Below, one piece after another: positions 47,370 through 58,902 of a stretch of DNA of 64,000 nt. The DNA is from Podarcis erhardii (Eukaryota): the NCBI GenBank assembly GCA_964252035.1, contig OZ176207.1; one strand, written 5' to 3'. Every line of letters starts with the position of its first letter. The first letter of the stretch is position 1. The notes under the pieces were generated by a model. That model was not told where the DNA came from and made no database searches. It saw only the letters and a program-made list of their open reading frames with translations. The position numbers and the translations under genes are program-made.

Positions 47370-48338
47370 TTACTCATCATTTTCATTGTTTTCTAATTCA
47401 TCCCCCCCATCAAGCGAGTCTAATTCTTCACCCTGTGCTATTTCATCTTCTAAAGCAGAGGAATCTGCAGTTTTATCAAGGCTCTCCTCTGCATCACTGC
47501 CCTCTAGATTTTCTTCATCTTTAAAGGCAGCTCCTTCAGTTTTATCAGTAACCTTCACTTCACTGGAGCCCACTGCATTCTGAAGTCCTGCTAATGCTGG
47601 GAAACCAGGTAGTGTCAATCCTCCCAGTCCTGGAGGTAGAAACATAGAAGGATAGAACAGGCCAGGAGCCATGGTGGACAGAAGGAAAGGATTGAAGGTC
47701 AGAGGGTTGGCAGGCAATCCAGTGGTGGTGGTGGTGGTGGTGGTTGCTGCTGCTGCAGCAGCGGCAGCAGTTACACTGACAGATCCATTTGCGGAGTCAG
47801 TAGCAGAAACAGTGTCTGTGCTTTTCTCAGAGTCTTTGTTCTCCTCTTCATTCTCAGTCTTCTTTTCTTCTACTTTTGAAGTGCCATCTTCAGAAGTTTC
47901 TCCTTGACTGGAAGCCATAGTGGTGTTTCCAGAAGCAGCTGTAATTGGGTTATTCAACAATCCACTGAGTCCAAACATGTTGGGCAACCCTGCCATACCT
48001 GGCAACATCAGAGGCAGCATGGTAGCTGGATTTTTAGAATCACCCCCAGCAGCAGCAGCGGCGGCAGCAGCTGTCGCTAGTCCTGGAGGGAAGCCCATGA
48101 GACCTGCAAGCTGGAGAGACTGTAGGTTCTGCAAATTCTGAAGGCTCGTGAGATCCATTCCAGCGAACAGACTGTTCATCAGCAGTGGGTTAATTCCCGA
48201 AGTTGAAGCTACAGCAGCAGCTGCTGCAGCTGCTTTGGCAATTTCGCTTTTTGGCCTTCTCCCTCTTCTGCTTGCTCCCTCTTCTCTCACAACAGGTCCT
48301 GTGAGAAGACGGTCAAACATGGACTCTGGAACAAAACC
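47370..48338 (-). CDS. CHD7: CHD7 last coding exon (exon 38 equivalent) including TAA stop
   Basis: atgcag|GGT TTT GTT CCA; [21 protein letters not shown]...[25 protein letters not shown], the recognisable CHD7 C-terminus. Confidence 0.98.
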   Translation of the reverse strand, partial: GFVPESMFDRLLTGPVVREEGASRRGRRPKSEIAKAAAAAAAVASTSGINPLLMNSLFAGMDLTSLQNLQNLQSLQLAGLMGFPPGLATAAAAAAAAGGDSKNPATMLPLMLPGMAGLPNMFGLSGLLNNPITAASGNTTMASSQGETSEDGTSKVEEKKTENEEENKDSEKSTDTVSATDSANGSVSVTAAAAAAAATTTTTTTTGLPANPLTFNPFLLSTMAPGLFYPSMFLPPGLGGLTLPGFPALAGLQNAVGSSEVKVTDKTEGAAFKDEENLEGSDAEESLDKTADSSALEDEIAQGEELDSLDGGDELENNENDE

Positions 48339-49024
48339 CTGCATATGGGGAAGAAAGAACATTCCATGCTGTTACGCATGCCTACCGGGATGCCTACCGA
48401 TTTAGAATTTCATGTAGGGCGGCTCACATGACAAAGCAGAGCGTACAATCCCAAGGGCAAGGAAAAGAACAGGTAAGCTGCCAATTAGATCTTGTTCACA
48501 AAGCAGCCCTTTTCCTCCTCCCATTAAAGGCCAGGTCATACATTTGAGCATTGTCCAGTAAATAAGCTCTCCCTTCAACATCATCAATATGATATAGCAA
48601 ACAAAACAATGGTAAAAACAAAGAAACCAGAAACAGTAGGTAATGCTCAGAAGACGAGACTTCCAAAGAAATCTGATACAATAAACACACCAGATTTATC
48701 CAGCCTTGCAAAATCCGAAGCAAATTAAACATGATGTGGTCCTTTGTCTGACAAGTACTAGGCTTCTAGGTTTTAAGAAACAGAGTGCCTCTGTACACAC
48801 CATGTCCAATGCCTGAGGTTGAGAACAGGGAAATTCCTCACAGAACTCAAACAAGGCAGTCTACATACTTAATCAAAGAACGAGTTTTATTACAAGCATG
48901 GAAGGTTTTATTCCATAATCAATTGTGTATTAATCTTGTATTTAATAGGTATTCCTAAGACAGTCGTGCACTAATAATGAAGCTGTTACAAATGTCCACC
49001 AAAGCAGGTAGCTACCGCTTCACA

Positions 49025-49446
49025 GCAGTGGTTGGGAACTTCTGGCCTGTCAGCCTAAATGGACCCAGCAGGCCTCCCCATTTGACCTGCAAGGCTGTTT
49101 CTGACAAGCCACACCCGCCCACCCGCCCTACATATGATGCTGTATCTGATGTAAGATGTTGGGCAGGTAAAGAAGTGGCTCCCTGTCAAAAGCTGTGTTT
49201 GCAGGCACTGCCGATCAGCTGGTTGTTCGTGCTTAAAAAGCCCTGTGCCTTTCCAAGTGCCACCAGGTTCACTAATGCTGGCAAAGGCAAAGAGCTCTGC
49301 AAGTGCAGACAATTTGTACAGGCAAAGAAAACACTTTACGTGCCATCACTGTGATGTTAGGTGATTGACAAGTAGGTGACAGTCAAAATGACTGTTGGGG
49401 AACCTAAGCATCTGGCCCGCTGGCTGGAAACATTTCTCCACCCTGC
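49025..49446. mobile_element. Old hAT MITE in CHD7 intron 37
   Basis: cagtggttgggaac at left end, tttctccaccctg at right end; degenerate. Confidence 0.45.
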
Positions 49447-49566
49447 TCGAGAGAGGAAGACAGGATCAAGCCACATAACATGTTCTTAAAGTATATAGAT
49501 CATAAGACTCTAAAAACAGTTAAAAATGAAAAGCAAAATCTATCCAGAAATATAGTTTTTCCTTAC

Positions 49567-49671
49567 AGATTGTTTAACGATGTCAGTCCAATCTGGAGCA
49601 ACAGCAAATTCAGGGTTTTCTTCTAGCCATCTTGGCAGGTCCTTCATTGGAGGGGCCATAGCTCCACCCAT
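49567..49671 (-). CDS. CHD7: CHD7 coding exon (exon 37 equivalent, end of second BRK domain)
   Basis: cattag|ATG GGT GGA...CAA TCT|gtaagg; [35 protein letters not shown]; 105 bp. Read by hand (not in the ORF track). Confidence 0.96.
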
Positions 49672-49940
49672 CTAATGAAACATTTTTATGTTTTATTAAC
49701 AAAAACTTACTAGTACATACTTTATATGCCACTTATCAAAAGTATATTTTTTGTTAGAGAACAATTACAGAGCTGGTAATCAAAACATGACAAAAGTTCA
49801 ACTCAACCATGCATTAAGTGTGGAAAAAGTCTTTGCCAAATATCCTAAGATTTCTGCAACTCAAAATTCAGAATGCTACTTTGAACAAAGTGATGAAATC
49901 TATAGAACTTGCATCAACCTATTAAGTCAACTAATTAAAG

Positions 49941-49941
<1 letters not shown>

Positions 49942-49978
<37 letters not shown>
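49942..49978. repeat. (TAT)n microsatellite, CHD7 intron 36
   Basis: About 12 perfect triplets. Confidence 0.9.
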
Positions 49979-49980
<2 letters not shown>

Positions 49981-50092
49981 ATTTTTATCATATAATTAAA
50001 GGTTATAATCTTTAATCTAAGCATCCTACTAAAAATGCAAGTGCTAGTCTAAAACAGAATTTGGAGTTAGAGCAAACTAGGAAAAGCACTAC

Positions 50093-50233
50093 CTTCTTGC
50101 CATTCCTCTTATTTACAACAGGGACCCTCTCTTCTCCAGTTAAGGTGTTTATATCCAGTTTATTAGGGTTTCGACATCTGTGCCGTTTCTGCTTCGGTTT
50201 CTGAAATGGGGAAAACAGCACATCTGCACTCTT
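50093..50233 (-). CDS. CHD7: CHD7 coding exon (exon 36 equivalent, start of second BRK domain)
   Basis: tcttag|AAG AGT GCA...AAG AAG|gtagtg; [47 protein letters not shown]; 141 bp. Confidence 0.97.
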
Positions 50234-50636
50234 CTAAGAGAGGAGGAAAAGTACAGTGCATTACTTGGGGAGTTTTATTATCTCATCTATAGAAGTAACT
50301 TTTCAACCCACTAGGCATGTATGTATATAGTGTTTTCCAGGTTCAGCACTGGAACAAAACATTATTAGAATTTGTACATCTTTCATTTTTAGTCATTACA
50401 AAACAAAAAAAGTAATGAATGAACAATTAATTATGTTCTATCATGTTAATTGTTATTTATTGTTTATAAGACACTTTGGGATTCATTTGAATGAAAAGCA
50501 ACTAGAAATGTAATAAATCCAAATCGAATTATGACAAAGGATTAAGAATTATTGCTTTTGGAAATCTTCCCAAGTGATTGAAAGACAGTTAAAGCTTTGG
50601 ACTAATCCCCCCCACCCTTGATTAACATCCACTTAC

Positions 50637-50858
50637 TGGTACATAACTTGGCATATCCACAGTGTATGATGGATGGAATTTAAGCCATTCAACTAAATCC
50701 TTGTTTTTAGGAGCATCCTCTCCCACCAGCCTGGTCCCATCCTCCATATTAATGACAGGGATGCGAGTATCAGGATCCAGTTGCCCAGGAGATGGAATGT
50801 TTCTCAATGGGGGGGTTTCCATTTCTTCATCAAATGCTTTGGTCACTTCTGCATCCTC
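50637..50858 (-). CDS. CHD7: CHD7 coding exon (exon 35 equivalent, first BRK domain)
   Basis: ctccag|GAG GAT GCA...GTA CCA|gtaagt; ...[50 protein letters not shown]; 222 bp. Confidence 0.97.
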
Positions 50859-50943
50859 CTGGAGAAAGGTTGACAATTATATCAGCTTTCAGGAGAACAT
50901 TACAAGAGTTGCTTCAAAAAGCATACAACTTAAAATGGGAATA

Positions 50944-51194
50944 CAGTTCTACCTTGGATCCCGAATGCCCTGGAACTCGGATGTTTTGGCTCCCAAATGC
51001 TGCAAACCTGGAAGTGATTGTTCCGGTTTACGAACATTCTTTTGGAGGCCAAACGTCTGACGGGTCTTCTGTGGCTTTGAATTGGCTGCAGGAGCTTCCT
51101 GCAGCCAATCAGAAGCCACAATTTGGTTTTTGAACATTTTGGCAGGCAAACAGACTTCCGTAAGGGATTCTGTTCGACTTCCAAGGTACAACTG
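50944..51194. mobile_element. Tc1/mariner (Tigger-like) MITE in CHD7 intron 34
   Basis: TIR cagttctaccttgg / ccaaggtacaactg; TA TSD; internal palindrome ttggctgcaggagcttcctgcagccaa. Confidence 0.8.
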
Positions 51195-52025
51195 TACTTC
51201 CATCAAACAATTATACACTTTGTACACAGACAAGAGTATGGCAAATGGAAACCCGAATGGGCAGGGTTTTTCCCCATGGGTGCATGTGCTGGAAAGGTCA
51301 TGCTGAGTAGGTATGAAAGGTGAATGCCTACTACGGAGGTACTTGCCAGGACATATGTGAATATGAATCCCTACAGGTTCATAAGCATTCAACAGTTATA
51401 CATAGAATACTGATTACTCAAGCTAATCGGTAGTTTACCCACAGTATTTACTACTTTGAATAAAGTTTGCAGAGTCGATAGATGCTTTTTTTAAAGGGAC
51501 AAATTTCAGGAAACTGTACAGACTATTCAAAACAATTCATGTGCATCATCTTATAATCCTTATAACAGGAGTGAGGCAATACCAGCCCACAAGCTTGCTC
51601 CAGCACAGACAGCTTCTCTGTCCAGGTCTCCAGATTCTTTTCTGAAACCCTGCCCTCTCCTTGGTTTTGCTCCACCAATCTGCTAGTGTCATTCAGCCGT
51701 GACTAGGATGGTCATACACTGTCTTGGGCAATCAGCCCTACTGTGCATGTCCTCCTGTGCCCTGCTACTCCTTCAGTGTTCTCAAGCCCTCAGAAAAAAT
51801 ATATCTTTGGAAACACTGAAGAAGAGATTTCCACAAGCGTTTGGCTGCATTTGGGCATTTCAAATCTCTGTTTTCTTCAGAACCATCTTCAGAGCCACCT
51901 GAGAAGCACTCTATGCAAATAGCGCCATTAATTATTCACATTAGCATTTTGGGGTTTTTTTGTATTGTACAAAATAAAAAAATTCCTTCCAGTAGCACCT
52001 TAAAGACCAACTAAGTCAGTTCTTG

Positions 52026-52063
52026 GTATGAGCTTTCGTGTGCATGCACACTTCTTCAGATAC
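52026..52063 (-). ncRNA. Minimal type I hammerhead ribozyme motif (PLE pLTR), sense to CHD7 pre-mRNA
   Basis: GUAU-CUGAAGA-A-GUGUGC-AU-GCACAC-GAAA-GC-UC^AUAC: stem I GUAU/AUAC, core CUGANGA and GAAA, palindromic stem III AGCU. Confidence 0.8.
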
Positions 52064-53080
52064 ACTGAAACAGAAGTCACCGGACCTTTCTATATAGTGA
52101 GAAGGTGGGGAGGGGTATTACTCAGAAGGGTGGTGGGAATGGGTGATTGGCAGATAGCTGCGATGAGCCTGTTGACGACTCTTAACGACTGCAATAGGTC
52201 TAACAGGAAAAAGCAAGGGGTGAGAAGGTGAAAAATGGCTTTGTCATGTATAATGAGATAAGAATCCAATGTCTTTGTTCAAACCAGGTCTCTCCATAGT
52301 TTTAAGTTTGGTGATAAGTTGCAATTCAGCAGCTTCTCTTTCCAGTCTATTTCTGAAATTCCTTTGTAATAGAACAGCTACTTTGAGATCTTGTATAGAA
52401 TGTCCTGGGAGATTGAAGTGTTCTCCTACTGGTTTTTCTGTCTTGTGGTTCCTGATGTCGGATTTATGTCCGTTTATTCTTTGGCGTAAGGTCTGGCCTG
52501 TTTGTCCAATATAGAGAGCTGAAGGACACTGTTGGCATTTGATGGCATACACAATGTTAGACGATGAGCAATTAAATAGTCCCGAGATGGTATGTGTAAT
52601 GTTGTTGGGGCCAGTAATGGTGTTGTCCGGGTGTATGTGGCAGCAAAGTTGGCATCTGGGTTTATTGCAGGCTCTGGTGCCAGTGTCCGTGTTAAGTCTG
52701 GTTATAGTATTATTGTGGGTTAGGAGTTCAATCTCCCAGGACATTCTATACAAGATCTCAAAGTAGCTGTTCTATTACAAAGGAATTTCAGAAATAGACT
52801 GGAAAGAGAAGCTGCTGAATTGCAACTTATCACCAAACTTAAAACTATGGAGAGACCTGGTTTGAACAAAGACATTGGATTCTTATCTCATTATACATGA
52901 CAAAGCCATTTTTCACCTTCTCACCCCTTGCTTTTTCCTGTTAGACCTATTGCAGTCGTTAAGAGTCGTCAACAGGCTCATCGCAGCTATCTGCCAATCA
53001 CCCATTCCCACCACCCTTCTGAGTAATACCCCTCCCCACCTTCTCACTATATAGAAAGGTCCGGTGACTTCTGTTTCAGT

Positions 53081-53118
53081 GTATCTGAAGAAGTGTGCAT
53101 GCACACGAAAGCTCATAC
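53081..53118 (+). ncRNA. Minimal type I hammerhead ribozyme motif (inverted pLTR)
   Basis: Identical 38-nt motif gtatctgaagaagtgtgcatgcacacgaaagctcatac. Confidence 0.8.
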
Positions 53119-53519
53119 CTAGAACTAACTCAGTTGGTCTTTAAGGTGCTACTGGAAGGAATTTTTTTATTTTGTTTTGACCATGGCAGACCAACACGGC
53201 TACCTATTTGTATTGTACATTGTTTTAAAATGTTCTAGCTCTTCAAATGTTTTATCTGTTTGTATTTTATATTAAGTTGCTTGAAGACTTTTCCATGTAA
53301 AGATACTAACAAATGCATTAAATTATATTTAAAAAGGTAAGATTGAAGAAGGCTCATTTTTGTGTGTCCATAGCCTTGCCCACTTTTTGGCCCTGGCCCC
53401 ACCCTTTGTGACATGCAGCCTTCAGTTGCTGTTATTAAATCGCCTTCCAAATGTCTCAAAGCGATGTACAAAATGCAATACAAACAGCTAAAACACAGTT
53501 AGAACAACGCAGAAGATAA

Positions 53520-54340
53520 CATCAGACAAACATTAAAACAACACAAAGTAGACCCTCACAGCAGAGGCCCAATTTGTCCAACTGGGAAAGCTGGTTGGAA
53601 CAGAAATACCTTCAATTGGTTCTGGAAAGCACAAAGAGTGGGCACATGTTGTATAAGTAATAGGAATGTTGCTTCACAGAACATGGGCAGCCACACTAAA
53701 AGCCCTACTCTGAGTGACTGTAGAGCAGGCTTCTAATATCTTTGGATCTTGAAGGAGAAGCTCTCCCTTATACTCCAGAGACCTTCTGGGTATTAAAGCA
53801 TTAAGGTGGTCTCTCAAGTAACCAGGTCCTGAACTGATTAGGGCCTTATATGTCAGAATCAACACAATGAACTTGGTCTGGTAGCAAATTAGCAACCAGT
53901 ACAAATCCTGCTTGCAAGGGGCTAGCTGAAGTTCACCCCCACAAGCCAGCCAGCTACTATGTTGTGCATCCACTACAGCCTCCAGACCAACCTCAAGGGT
54001 AGCTCCACAAAGAGCACATGATAGTAATCCAATCTTCAATTTACCAGTGCTTGGACAACTGTGGTGACGCCTTTGTGATCATAGCTGTGTTACCAACTAA
54101 AGTGGGCAACAGGCACTCCTAGCCACTGAGGATATATATGCTGGACAGAACTAGATCCAGGAGCACCCCAAAATCAGGGCAGCCCACCCCCAGCTCTCAC
54201 CTGGGACTAAAACCACTCCACACTGTCTCCCACCCAGGCCAGGATGGGCAAGGTTCATGCTATAACTGACTTGCTCTCCAGGGGCATGGAACAACTTTTG
54301 TCTCTCACTTCTACAGGGCCATCTCCAGCCTCTTGTCTGA
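53520..54340 (-). mobile_element. Old L2 RT C-terminal fragment in CHD7 intron 34
   Basis: Decayed GVLLD...LILTYKAL...GPGYLRDHL...RAFSVAA motifs; boundaries approximate. Confidence 0.65.
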
Positions 54341-55012
54341 GTAATGGTCCAGAGAGAGGAGCTTTGTTTCCCCAGAGGGGAAAAAACACCCCAATCACAC
54401 AACCATGCCAAATAAGATGAATTAGAAGGTGTGTGAGCTCAAGCCTGTGTTGCACTCCAAAGCAGAGAACTAAACAAAAAACTCTTTGGGGTTGCCCTTG
54501 CCAATGGCTCAACCTACCATGCCTAGAAGACTTGGCTTATATCATTCCCTTTCCCCAGCACCACCAATGCAAGATGAGCTGATCTGGGGAGTGTCTTAAA
54601 CACAGCCTCAGTGGGGCATCGTTTTGATGTTAAAGCATCTCCCAGAAACAGCATCTTGGCAGACCTAGGGAGCTGGTGGTAAACTCTGTGCCTCTCCTCA
54701 CACCCCCTGACTCGGCTACCATCCACTCAGCTCCTCCTTTGGCTGCTGCTATTATTCTACATCAGCTCAAAGCAAATCTGGTGAATTAAAAGGAAATTCT
54801 TCTTTTGCAGTGAGTTTAGTTCTTAAGAGGTATTTTGTGAATTTATTATTACTGACCAGTGTTTTGTATATTAGAACAGGAGCATGCCCAAATGTTAATA
54901 TGGAACTGAAAATACAAAATAGAATATTTATATCTGGGAATAAAATGCCAATTTTGGTGTTCTGCCTCACATAATGCAGAATTAACGTCAAAGAAAAAGT
55001 CTTCTCTCTTAC

Positions 55013-55456
55013 TGCTGTCAACGATGCTCGCTTGTTGCTCATAAATAACAGATCAAGCCCTTCTACATTTTTCCTTCTTCCTCTCCTCCTTTTCATGGGT
55101 GGTTCTACATCAATTAGAGAACCATTTAGTAGATGCCTTGTGGGTGTGCGTGAAAGACCTGCTTGTAGCAACTCCATCTGAGTTTTAAAGGCATCAGACA
55201 CTGGTGTGGAAACATTAGGTAATAGAAACTTTGAAGGAACAGCTGAAAAAGTTGAGGTAGAACTTGTTGCCTCTCGTGAGGCCTTTGATAAGTCTACAAT
55301 TTTTTCTTGTCCATTTTCAGAGACAACCTGTGACTCTCGCAACTGGGCAACCATTTCCATGAGATTTCTCCTTTTGGCTGCCCTTTCAGCCTCAATTTCA
55401 ATCTTTCTTCTCCTCCTCCTCCGCTGGCGTGGAACTGACAAATTGAGTGCATCTTC
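55013..55456 (-). CDS. CHD7: CHD7 coding exon (exon 34 equivalent)
   Basis: cttcag|GAA GAT GCA...ACA GCA|gtaaga; [41 protein letters not shown]...[16 protein letters not shown]; 444 bp. Confidence 0.97.
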
Positions 55457-55799
55457 CTGAAGAAAAAATAACACAGTATCATTATGAGCAATGAAATACC
55501 CCTTCCTTTTTGGTGTGATTTCAATTTTCTAAATATTTACAAATGATGGAAAAAGTTAGATAGGATTGCACAAGCCCAACTAGTTACATCTTGTCAGATC
55601 AACTAGTTCTAAGAAGAGATCATTACAGATTTAATCTTAATGAAAAATGTAACATCAGACCTATTTTGTACCTTAATATATTTATTACTATCTTTCTCAG
55701 AGTAGGTTTATAGCTATGGGTGTTTTTCTGCTACTGTTTTTGACCCCTTCTGGTTTTATATCTTTAAAAGCAACTTTATGACTCTCATACAAAACATGC

Positions 55800-56027
55800 C
55801 TTGGACAACTGAGGAGAGACTGTGATATCTTCATTGCCACTGATGTTGGCTTGACCAACCATGGAGAGCTCTGCAAAACTCCGTTTCTGTAGAGGGCTGT
55901 CCACAGCTGTTGGCGTATACCCAGGTATAAGGCCCTGGAAATCAAACATCTGGCGTCTATTTACTGGCCACTTCCCTTTCAACACTGCTTCACAGATGTT
56001 GTCTAATCGGTTGATCATTACTCGATC
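55800..56027 (-). CDS. CHD7: CHD7 coding exon (exon 33 equivalent), GC donor
   Basis: ctgcag|GAT CGA GTA...TCC AAG|gcatgt; [39 protein letters not shown]...SPQLSK; 228 bp. The donor dinucleotide is GC. Confidence 0.93.
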
Positions 56028-58741
56028 CTGCAGAAAGGGAAATACATAATGAATGTCATGTGAAAGCAGCCATTTGAGCTCAGTCGGGCCATGCACACAC
56101 AGCTTAACAGGCTGCATTGCTTGACAAAACTGCAACTGAAACTCCAGATCAGAAGAAATATTACAGGCACTTGTCATTTAAATTATTGGGAATGTTGAGG
56201 AGCATGAGCCTTTTACAAGCCATCTGACACACATTTTCTCAGTTCTCAGTACTGCTATCATATGCTAAAACAAAACATCAGTTAAACCACTAGTAGTATA
56301 ATTCTTGTAACTCAACATCTTTGCCTTGGGTATGTCAGAGCCAACAGGCTGCATCTGCAATTTTGTCCCAGGAAGTGGTTCCTCATTAGTGTCACTACTA
56401 ATAAAGTTCAATGTTATGAAACGGGCACCAACCTAGGGACATCTAATAAATGTCAATTTTCATTCCACGCCCATTATCACTTCAGGTTCCACTGAAGCGT
56501 GTACATTAAAAAATTCTAATTACAGCTAAGCCTTCTTAGAATATAGGCAAATACAATATGAATGCTACTGCATAGAGAAAAGGGCTTTGAAACCTAGTTG
56601 GATAATTTTCAAAATGTGTTTAATGCACTAGTGTGTTTTAGTTCACTAGTTAATAATGATGCATCACTTCCCTTTCTGGGGTGTCAAAACACCATCCCTG
56701 GAAACATTTGCTTTCCATCCATTCTTTTGTCATTCGGTGCCATGTGAAGACTATTTTATTCTCCTGAGTTGTTGGTTAATGGCATCATAAACATGTTATC
56801 TTTGCTGCTTCTTTGACTGCCTGTTGTTTTACTAATTGTTTTATATTGCTGCATTATATTGATTTATTTAAATTGTTCTACATAATTGTAAATCACCTTG
56901 AACAAATTTGGTGGAAACACAATATAAACATATTAGATATACACACACACAAACATGTACCCACATACATACATACATGCATACACAATCAACTTTTGAA
57001 AATTGGCTATTGATTACTAAATAGAATCAACCTTCAGTTACCTGAACAGTGTAAAAGCCACTAGCAGATCTCAGCAGCTGCAACCAGCTGCTTGCTTTGC
57101 CCAGGAATAAGCCTATTACAGCAGGGGTTATTTCAACCCCCCCAAACCAGATGGCCCTGTTATGGTGATTAGGAAGCTTAAGACTATTACTACTTTATTT
57201 CTCTCCAGCACCCTCTGAAACCAGAACCTGAACGGTATATAGAACTAGTACAATTATCACCGCTGCATTTTGTCCAGTAAAGTGTTGTTTTTTTAATTGC
57301 TGCAAAAATAAAAGTGATAGCTCTACTAGACAAATGTTCTCCTATTTTATATTACAAGCTATTTAGGATTACAGTATTTCCTTATTTTACTTCCTTCAAT
57401 TCATAAAGGAAGAGCTCGCCAAATTTTAGTTTATATTCTTATATGTTCTATTAAGTATGATCATGCATATTTACATAATATCATAATTCCAATCCCATCT
57501 CTTTCTGCATGCTAATTTGAATTGCTTTTAGGGGGAAACTATCTAAACCTACAGGGCTCTATCCAACATTCTCTGTCTACTAGTGCAAGGGCATTTGCGC
57601 AAACAGGCAAGATTTAATAATGTGGCATGTAAGTGAAATATAAATCGAATGGTGATGATGATGATGCACAATATCCAATGCAACAGTTGTGCTAGTAGAA
57701 ACTCAAGCGACGCGAGTGTGCAATCTGTTGTGCAAAGAAAGTTATGAGCAACCCACTTATGCATTCTCTTGTGCAGCAACATTCCACTGCCAGAAAAAAA
57801 GATTTGCCAGCAAAACAAGTACACTGCAAATGACTTTAACTTAGCACTACATTGGATGTAATCCCTAGGCTGTATTGTCAGTGTTTTCCAGTACTTTTGA
57901 ACTTGGCTCCACTCTTCTGAATGTACTCTTTCCCCCCCCCCTTGCCAACCCCAGCCCCCTCTCCAAAAATACACAAGATCCAAGGAGCAGCATGCAGAAC
58001 TCTACACAGAAACTTAAAAGGATATCCCTTCCTTCAACATCCTTCTCCAAAACCTGTTCTGGAAATTTAGGAAAGTTCCCAATTCTGAATGGGTTGCCTC
58101 TGAATGAGTCACCACAAGGGAAATGGGTTTGGCACTGAATAGTGATGGTAAGTGAGACCAAAAGTGGGCAGGAGATTCCTTGCACAGCCATCTATACAAC
58201 CCCTGTTCACATACAGTCATTTAAACGTCCCATCATCTCTTTCCATCCTTCATGGTAATAAAGTTTACCCAAAAGCCCTCTTGCTATGCCAGGGAGGGAT
58301 TCTTAAGGGGTGGCAGCACATATTGAGTTAATCCTTCCACCTGTAGCTACCACCTGCCCAAATATCCCCACCATGCTATCTACCATTAGACTTCAGAGTC
58401 CCAAGGATCCATGGACTACATCTGGCCTACAGGTTGCCCCACGGGGGCAATGGAAAATTTATCCATGCGACAATGGAGCCAGTAGGAAAGGGAAGGAAGA
58501 CTTGGCAAAATGCAAAGGCAGTTTGGCTTTCCTCTACTGCTATTATACTAGAAAGGGTGTATGCCCCCAGCAGGCCCCCAGCAGGCCACTCAGTTGCAGT
58601 TGAGCCACTGGTGACTTGAGTGTCTCTCATGTCCCCTGAAAGGCACCCCTGCTTCATAGTTTGAGAAAAACTACATTATGTAATAAGTAATGCATCAAGC
58701 ACATCACTCCTCAGAAGTGATCAGTTCTCTATTGAACCAAC

Positions 58742-58902
58742 CTTCGGCCAGAATGAAAAAGCAAATGTTCTTTCGTGAAGGAGCTGAGCTACTGATGGGT
58801 CTCCATCTTCCATATAAAATCCATCACGTGTTTCATCCCTTGCGGTGCTCAGGGATGCATTGCTTTCTTCATCAAAATTCTTACCCTGAGAAATTGTTCC
58901 TG
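58742..58902 (-). CDS. CHD7: CHD7 coding exon (exon 32 equivalent)
   Basis: tctcag|CA GGA ACA ATT...TGG CCG AAG|gttggt; [53 protein letters not shown]; 161 bp. Confidence 0.95.

Larger units (their letters stand above)
51972..53208 (-). mobile_element. 5'-truncated Penelope-like element (GIY-YIG endonuclease end plus pLTR) with inverted pLTR, in CHD7 intron 34
   Basis: Open ORF 52244-52726: CNKPRCQLCCHI...NIVYAIKCQQCPSALYIGQTGQTLRQRINGHK...EHF (VY-YIG, Cys/His motifs). Inverted arms 51971-52417 and 52727-53173. TSD tttgtattgtaca at 51959-51971 and 53207-53219 (boundaries overlap by 1-2 nt). Confidence 0.93.

Noticed and set aside
48339-48362. N-terminal MFFLPHMQ of the 330-aa ORF, and similar extensions of other CHD7 exon ORFs
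   Set aside because: Intronic read-through beyond splice sites; real boundaries are set by AG/GT and exon phase.
52028-52231. Identical 67-aa ORFs at 52028..52231 and 52913..53116, and a related one at 38261..38533
   Set aside because: Antisense readings of the Penelope pLTR; they are identical only because the arms are duplicated.
57660-57860. Loose inverted repeat (atccaatg...cattggat) with ttgtgca repeats in intron 32
   Set aside because: Probably an ancient palindromic DNA element, but too degenerate to define ends or a TSD.
58879-58886. Consensus-like donor G|GTAAGA inside CHD7 exon 32
   Set aside because: It encodes G-K; use would give an 18-nt exon out of phase with exon 33, and there is no evidence of use.
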